Assembly (NCBI GenBank): GCA_030429235.1
Contig: JAUIDB010000001.1
Span: 75,141-139,140, forward strand
Length of the DNA: 64,000 bases
Reading direction: 5' to 3'
Source: Thermoanaerobaculia bacterium
Lineage (GTDB): Bacteria; Acidobacteriota; Thermoanaerobaculia; Multivoradales; JAIOJS01
Every line of letters starts with the position of its first letter. The stretch's first letter is position 1. The notes beneath the pieces were generated by a model. The model ran no database searches, had not been told where the DNA came from, and saw nothing but the letters and a program-made list of their open reading frames with translations. Position numbers and translations under genes: made by a program. Positions 59,433-64,000 of this stretch are shown here, in pieces.

Positions 59433-60107
59433 TCAGCGCACCCAGCGGGGCACCGGGCGCGCTGCGGCCGGCCCGGCGTCGTTCCAGTAGACGAACAGGA
59501 GCCGTCCGCGCAGGGAGCGCTCGGCCGCGGTACCCCAGAATCGCGAATCATGGGAAAGGTCGCGGTGGTCGCCGAGGACGAAGAAGGCACCGGCCGGTAC
59601 GAGCTTCGACTCCAGGTGGTCGCGACGCCGGAACTGATCCTCGAGAAAGGGACTGTCGCGGTAGGTGCGGGGGTCCGAGTGCACCTTGTAGCCGGACTCG
59701 TCCACGGCGCTACCGTCGAGGTAGAGCTGCTTCTCGCGGATCGCCAGCCGTTGGCCCCCGGTGGCCACACAGCGCTTGACGAGCGCTAGTTGGGGAGCGC
59801 CCGGGGAGCGGAAGGACACGACGTCCCCGGCTCGGACCGGACGCAGGGGAAGCCAGTCTCTTTCCCAGGCGTAGCGGGCGGGGCCATAGATGAACCGGTT
59901 CACCAGGATGTGGTCGCCGATCTCCAGCGTTGGAGCCATCGAGGGACTCGGAATCTGTACCGCTTCGACGAGAAAAGTGCGGGCAAAGAGAGCGAGCAGG
60001 GTGGCGATCAACCCGACCCGGAGCAGGGTTCCGACGGGGCCTCGTCGATCCGTCCGTCGTGACCTCGTCGGCTGGGATCGTGCCGAGGAAGCCCCGTCCT
60101 GGGACAT
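59433..60107 (-). CDS. lepB: Signal peptidase I (paralog 2)
   Basis: Internal ATG 60107 (MSQDGASS...) shares TGATG with the upstream lepB stop. The catalytic Ser context is IPSPSMAPTLEIGDHILVNRF, the Lys context is LVKRCVATGG, and there is a GDHRDLSHDSRFWG box. Confidence 0.85.
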   Translation of the reverse strand: MSQDGASSARSQPTRSRRTDRRGPVGTLLRVGLIATLLALFARTFLVEAVQIPSPSMAPTLEIGDHILVNRFIYGPARYAWERDWLPLRPVRAGDVVSFRSPGAPQLALVKRCVATGGQRLAIREKQLYLDGSAVDESGYKVHSDPRTYRDSPFLEDQFRRRDHLESKLVPAGAFFVLGDHRDLSHDSRFWGTAAERSLRGRLLFVYWNDAGPAAARPVPRWVR

Positions 60108-60811
60108 CAGCGGATGATCTGGAAGGAACGGCCCCAGCGACTCTTGGAAACGAACCCCAGCGCAGTCCGACCGAGTTGGCCGATCTTGTGGCCCCAGCCG
60201 TACCATTCACCGTCTGGCGTCTCTCCGCCGTAGGACCAGTAGATCAAGAAGGCTCGACCTTTGATCAGCTCGCGGGGCACCGAGTGCCAGTAGCGCGAGT
60301 CGTTGGAGTGATCGCGATTGTCCCCGAGAAAGAAGAACTCGCCCTCCGGCACGGTGTACGGGGCCATGTTGTCGCGGCGCCAGTGTCGATGCCGACGATT
60401 CCTTCGTTGGGCGACCTGAGGGTCACTGTGGATGGCGTAGTCGGAGTCCGAGACCGCTTGACCGTTGACGAAGAGCTGCTTCTCGATGATCTCGACCGTG
60501 TCGCCACCGACGGCCACACACCGCTTCACCAGGTCGATCGACGGGTCTACCGGTGAGCGGAACACGACGATGTCGCCCCGCTCGGGATCGCGGTTCGGGG
60601 CGACCCACGGCAGGGGACCACCGTCGGGACCGTAGATGAACCGGTTGACGATCAGATGGTCTCCGACCAGGAGGGTGTTTTCCATCGACCCACTGGGAAT
60701 GTAGAAGGTCTTGAGAATGAACGTGTTGGTGAATCCCAGAAAGAGGCCAGCCACGAGCAGGGCCTCGAGATACTCACGCCACACCGAGTGTTTGTTGTTG
60801 GTCTCGCTCAT
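60107..60811 (-). CDS. lepB: Signal peptidase I (paralog 1)
   Basis: 234 aa. IPSGSMENTLLVGDHLIVNRF, LVKRCVAVGGD and GDNRDHSNDSRYW are present. Confidence 0.9.
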   Translation of the reverse strand: MSETNNKHSVWREYLEALLVAGLFLGFTNTFILKTFYIPSGSMENTLLVGDHLIVNRFIYGPDGGPLPWVAPNRDPERGDIVVFRSPVDPSIDLVKRCVAVGGDTVEIIEKQLFVNGQAVSDSDYAIHSDPQVAQRRNRRHRHWRRDNMAPYTVPEGEFFFLGDNRDHSNDSRYWHSVPRELIKGRAFLIYWSYGGETPDGEWYGWGHKIGQLGRTALGFVSKSRWGRSFQIIR

Positions 60812-61293
60812 CGTCTCTCCGCGGCGCCTAATCTACCCGATCGTTCCGCCCCGAGCCACCGCCGAGGGAGTCGAGTCACCAGAGAGTTCACCGGCGGTTC
60901 AGAGATCTTCTCTCTGTCAAGAAGTCTGAACCCAGCGCCACGACGCCCTAGAGGACCTTGGCCACGGGCAGTTGTCGGCCCAGTTCGCACCCTCACTCTG
61001 CCCGACGGGACTCGAAGGCCTTGACAAGAGGAACCGGGCGGCGGTGCAGCTGTTTCTTGGCAAGCGCTTGAAACTAAGGGGCTTACGCCCATGGCGAGAA
61101 CCTGGCACCAGAGTTGTACCCACCGTTCGTCGAACCGGAGACAGGAGGTGCCCACCGAACAAGCCAAACCGAAGCCATCAAGAACGTAGGACACGGGCGA
61201 GCCGGGAACTCGCCCACCAAGCGGCGGAATCGGTCCGCCACCAACCATCCAGCGGCCGCGAAAGGTCGCATCACGACAAGAGGAGAAACCAAC

Positions 61294-61647
61294 ATGACCA
61301 AGAAACTGCAACGAGCGCTCGGAGCCCTGCTTCTGACCTGCTGCGCGCTGGCCGCCGTGCCCGCGGCGCAGGCCGAGGAGGCGGTCACCAGCGGTGTCGT
61401 CAACATCAACGAAGCCGGAGCCGACCAACTCGCATTCCTGCCCCGGGTGGGCCCGACCGTGGCGGCCCGCATCATCGAGCATCGCGAGGCCAACGGACCG
61501 TTCGCCAGCAAGGAGGAGCTCATGCTGGTGCGAGGCATCGGCGAGCGGACCTTCGAGGGCCTCGAGCGCTTCGTGGCCACCGATGGGCCCACGACACTCG
61601 AAGCGAAGGTGCGTCTGCCCAAGAGGCCGGAACCGACCGACGGCTGA
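61294..61647 (+). CDS. comEA: ComEA-type helix-hairpin-helix DNA-binding protein
   Basis: ATG 61294 after AGGAGAA. It has a signal peptide (MTKKLQRALGALLLTCCALAAVPAAQA), then VNINEAGADQLAFLPRVGPTVAARIIEHREANGPFASKEELMLVRGIGERTFE. Confidence 0.85.
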   Translation: MTKKLQRALGALLLTCCALAAVPAAQAEEAVTSGVVNINEAGADQLAFLPRVGPTVAARIIEHREANGPFASKEELMLVRGIGERTFEGLERFVATDGPTTLEAKVRLPKRPEPTDG

Positions 61648-61707
61648 GGCCATGGGGGGCGGCCGCACGGCCGCCCCCCTTCCCTTTTCTTACGAGGAGA
61701 CGCCACT

Positions 61708-62322
61708 GTGTCGCAACTTCATCCTTCGTCTCACCGGGGCGCCCCGGGCTTCCAGTTGATCGAGGTCACGCTGGCGCTGGCCCTGCTCGGCTTCCTCGCG
61801 CTCCTCATCGCGCCGAGCCTTCACCGGGCCTCGGCTCGCTTGCGGGTCGACCTCGCGGCCCGAGAGCTGACCGCGGTCATGGCGGAAGCGCGCTCGCACG
61901 CCATCCGGGAGAGCGTCTTCGTCGGTCTCAAGTTCCACCTCGAGGGCCCTCGACCCCGTTGGGGTCTCTACCGGGATGGCGATGGGGATGGTCTGCGCAG
62001 CTCGGATATCGCGGACGGTACCGATCCGGCGGTCCAGCCGGTCCGAGCCCTCCAGTTCGTCGGAGCTCGGGCGGGTTTCGGCTTCCAGCCCGGACCCCCG
62101 GCCGCCGATCCCTCGAATCCGGGACAGCGACTTACCGACCTCGATGACCCCATTCGATTCGGTCGCTCCGACATCATCTCGTTCTCGACGCGCGGCACGA
62201 GCAGCACTGGAACGCTCTATCTGACCGATGGGTTGGACTGGCAGTTGGCGGTGCGGCTCCAGGGCAGCCGAGGCCGGCCGCGAATCGTCACCTGGTATCG
62301 GGCCGAGGAGGAGTGGCGATGA
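61708..62322 (+). CDS. GspH/FimT-like pseudopilin with prepilin-type N-terminal cleavage/methylation motif
   Basis: 204 aa, GTG start. PGFQLIEVTLALALLGFLALLIAP matches the G/FxLxE prepilin signal plus a hydrophobic helix. RLRVDLAARELTAVMAEARSHAI resembles GspH/FimT. Confidence 0.65.
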   Translation: MSQLHPSSHRGAPGFQLIEVTLALALLGFLALLIAPSLHRASARLRVDLAARELTAVMAEARSHAIRESVFVGLKFHLEGPRPRWGLYRDGDGDGLRSSDIADGTDPAVQPVRALQFVGARAGFGFQPGPPAADPSNPGQRLTDLDDPIRFGRSDIISFSTRGTSSTGTLYLTDGLDWQLAVRLQGSRGRPRIVTWYRAEEEWR

Positions 62323-62465
62323 GGCGGACCACCGACACGCTCGCTGGCTGGCATCGCCGTCGCGCCGTCACCGGCGCTCCGCCCCGTTGTCTGGCGCCCG
62401 CCCCGTGGAACTGGCGAACGCCGGTCGTTGACTCTGCCCGGCGCCCTCCGATAGGGTTGCGCGCC

Positions 62466-62843
62466 ATGAGCGCGATCGTCGTCGTCACCACCGTCGGAGG
62501 AGAGGAAGAGGCGAACCTGATCGCTCGCGAGCTGGTCGCACGCCGCCACGCCGCCTGCGTCAACATCATCCGCGGAGTGCGCTCGGTCTACCGTTGGAAG
62601 GGCAAGATCTGCCAGGACGGTGAGTACATGCTCATCATCAAGACCCTGAAGCGAGAGTACGAGCTGGTGGCCGCGGCGATCGGAGAACTTCACAGCTACG
62701 AGCTACCGGAGATTCTCTCCTTCGAGATTGGCCAGGGTGACGATCGCTTCCTCGCCTGGATCCAGGCCTCGCTCGACAAGACCGCCGAGTTCCTCGATGA
62801 CGAAGAGGACGGCATGCTCGACCTGGTCGACCAGGACGGCTGA
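62466..62843 (+). CDS. cutA: Divalent-cation tolerance protein CutA
   Basis: Internal ATG 62466. MSAIVVVTTVGGEEEANLIARELVARRHAACVNIIRGVRSVYRWKGKICQDGEYMLIIKT...HSYELPEI. Confidence 0.85.
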   Translation: MSAIVVVTTVGGEEEANLIARELVARRHAACVNIIRGVRSVYRWKGKICQDGEYMLIIKTLKREYELVAAAIGELHSYELPEILSFEIGQGDDRFLAWIQASLDKTAEFLDDEEDGMLDLVDQDG

Positions 62844-62867
62844 GGCCCTCCGGTCGCTCGTGCCGCC

Positions 62868-64000
62868 TTAGGCCAGCGCGTGATCCAGGTCGCGCGTCAG
62901 ATCTTCGAGATCTTCGATTCCGACCGAGATACGCACGATCCCATCCCCGAGCCCGAGTTCCCGACGTTTCTCGGCCGGAACCGACGCATGGGTCATCGAA
63001 GCGGGATGGCTGATCAGCGATTCGACCCCGCCCAGGCTCTCAGCGAGACTCATCACCTGCACTCGGTCGAGGACCTTCTTGGCGGTGGCGAAGTTGCCGA
63101 CATCGAAACTGATCATGCCGCCGAAACCACGAGCCTGTCGGGCTTGGAGTTCGTGCCCGGGGTGGGAGGCCAGCCCGGGGTAGAGCACCGAGCGCACGGC
63201 CGCGTGCTGATCGAGGAAACCGGCGATCTCCCGGGCGGATCGTTCGTGCCGCTCCATCCGAACTGGCAGCGTCTTGATGCCGCGCATCACCAGGAAGGAA
63301 TCGAAGGGCGCCATGACCGCTCCCGCTGACTTCTGCACGAAGTAGAGCCACTCGCTCAACGCCTCGTGGTTCGAGATCAGGACTCCGCCGATCGCGTCGC
63401 TGTGTCCGTTGAGGTACTTGGTGGTGGAGTGGACCACGACGTCGGCGCCATGGGCGATCGGCTGCTGCAAGTAGGGCGAGAGGAAGGTGTTGTCGACAGC
63501 CAGCAAAGCGTCCCGAGCGTGCGCCAGAGAGGCCACCGCCGCAAGGTCGGAAATCTCCATCAGAGGATTGGTCGGTGTTTCGAGGAAGACCATCTTCGTC
63601 GTCGGCGTCCAGGCCTCCTCGATGGCTTCGGTCCGAGTGGTGTCGACCCAGCTGAACGACAGGTCGTAGCGCTCGAGAACCTGGGTGAAGAAGCGGTAGG
63701 TGCCACCGTAGACGTTCCGCGACACGATGACGTGATCGCCGGCTTCGAGCCAGGTCATCAGGGCCTGGATCGCAGCCATACCGGAGGCAAAGGCGTGACC
63801 GGTCCGGCCGAGCTCGAGCGAGGCCACGTTCTCCTCCAGAGCGAAGCGGGTCGGGTTCTGTACGCGGGCGTACTCGAAGCCCTTGTGAACGCCCAGCTCG
63901 TCGTGAACAAAGGTCGAGGTCTGGTAAATCGGTACGGCGACCGCGCCGGTTACCGGGTCGGGAGCCTGGCCGGCGTGGATGGCACGGGTCGCGAAGCCGA
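62868..64000 (-). CDS. Cys/Met-metabolism PLP-dependent enzyme (cystathionine gamma-synthase/beta-lyase family), 5' end beyond the right edge
   Basis: Track ORF 62868..63827 continues in frame to the window edge. Reverse translation of 63828-64000 gives GFATRAIHAGQAPDPVTGAVAVPIYQTSTFVHDE...YARVQNPTR. The lysine motif is HSTTKYLNGHSD. Confidence 0.85.
   Translation of the reverse strand, partial: GFATRAIHAGQAPDPVTGAVAVPIYQTSTFVHDELGVHKGFEYARVQNPTRFALEENVASLELGRTGHAFASGMAAIQALMTWLEAGDHVIVSRNVYGGTYRFFTQVLERYDLSFSWVDTTRTEAIEEAWTPTTKMVFLETPTNPLMEISDLAAVASLAHARDALLAVDNTFLSPYLQQPIAHGADVVVHSTTKYLNGHSDAIGGVLISNHEALSEWLYFVQKSAGAVMAPFDSFLVMRGIKTLPVRMERHERSAREIAGFLDQHAAVRSVLYPGLASHPGHELQARQARGFGGMISFDVGNFATAKKVLDRVQVMSLAESLGGVESLISHPASMTHASVPAEKRRELGLGDGIVRISVGIEDLEDLTRDLDHALA

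Noticed and set aside
61058-61071. Sigma-54-like TGGCA-N5-TTGA element upstream of comEA
   Set aside because: The -12 element reads TTGA, not the essential TTGC (the GC dinucleotide is missing). This is a single weak match with no enhancer-binding protein gene nearby.

Overview
This is a visibly GC-rich bacterial chromosomal segment around the replication origin. No rRNA, CRISPR array, transposase or integrase was seen.

**Core housekeeping region**
- dnaA-dnaN-recF-gyrB-gyrA lie on the minus strand at 33.5-42.6 kb.
- A helically phased DnaA-box array sits in the dnaA-dnaN spacer. An inverted DnaA-box pair plus an AT-rich island sits upstream of dnaA. Together these are the candidate oriC.
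- Next come mutY, a cNMP-binding protein and an aminotransferase, then recR-ybaB-dnaX with an SRP RNA (ffs) that the ORF track cannot show. tadA and two tRNA-Ser follow.
- rpmH (also absent from the track) leads rnpA-yidD-yidC-jag, two perfect parS palindromes, and rsmG-parA-parB. A bactofilin gene is translationally coupled to parB.

**Accessory-looking biosynthetic modules in the left ~12.5 kb**
- 1-4.9 kb: a type III polyketide synthase operon. It carries a fatty acyl-AMP ligase, an ACP, two methyltransferases and two unassigned genes.
- 7.0-12.5 kb: five same-strand genes, namely a DUF2064-like protein, an ArsM-like methyltransferase, a radical SAM enzyme, a metallophosphoesterase and a flavoprotein. 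This resembles an organoarsenical (arsenosugar-type) pathway but does not match it cleanly. I consider it the most likely under-described system in the window.

**Other content**
- LemA plus an M48 peptidase with a long C-terminal extension.
- A 1.6-k-aa NAD-glutamate dehydrogenase.
- A tightly overlapping operon of M20 peptidase, CYTH, nucleotidyltransferase and a membrane protein.
- Tandem lepB genes.
- comEA plus an orphan GspH/FimT-like pseudopilin.

**Limits**
- Many long ORFs in the track are antisense or shadow ORFs typical of high-GC DNA, and I rejected them.
- Start codons were chosen by eye from conserved N-termini, RBS-like purine runs and stop/start overlaps. They are uncertain by tens of codons in places.
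- All family assignments rest on motif recognition only. No searches were run.
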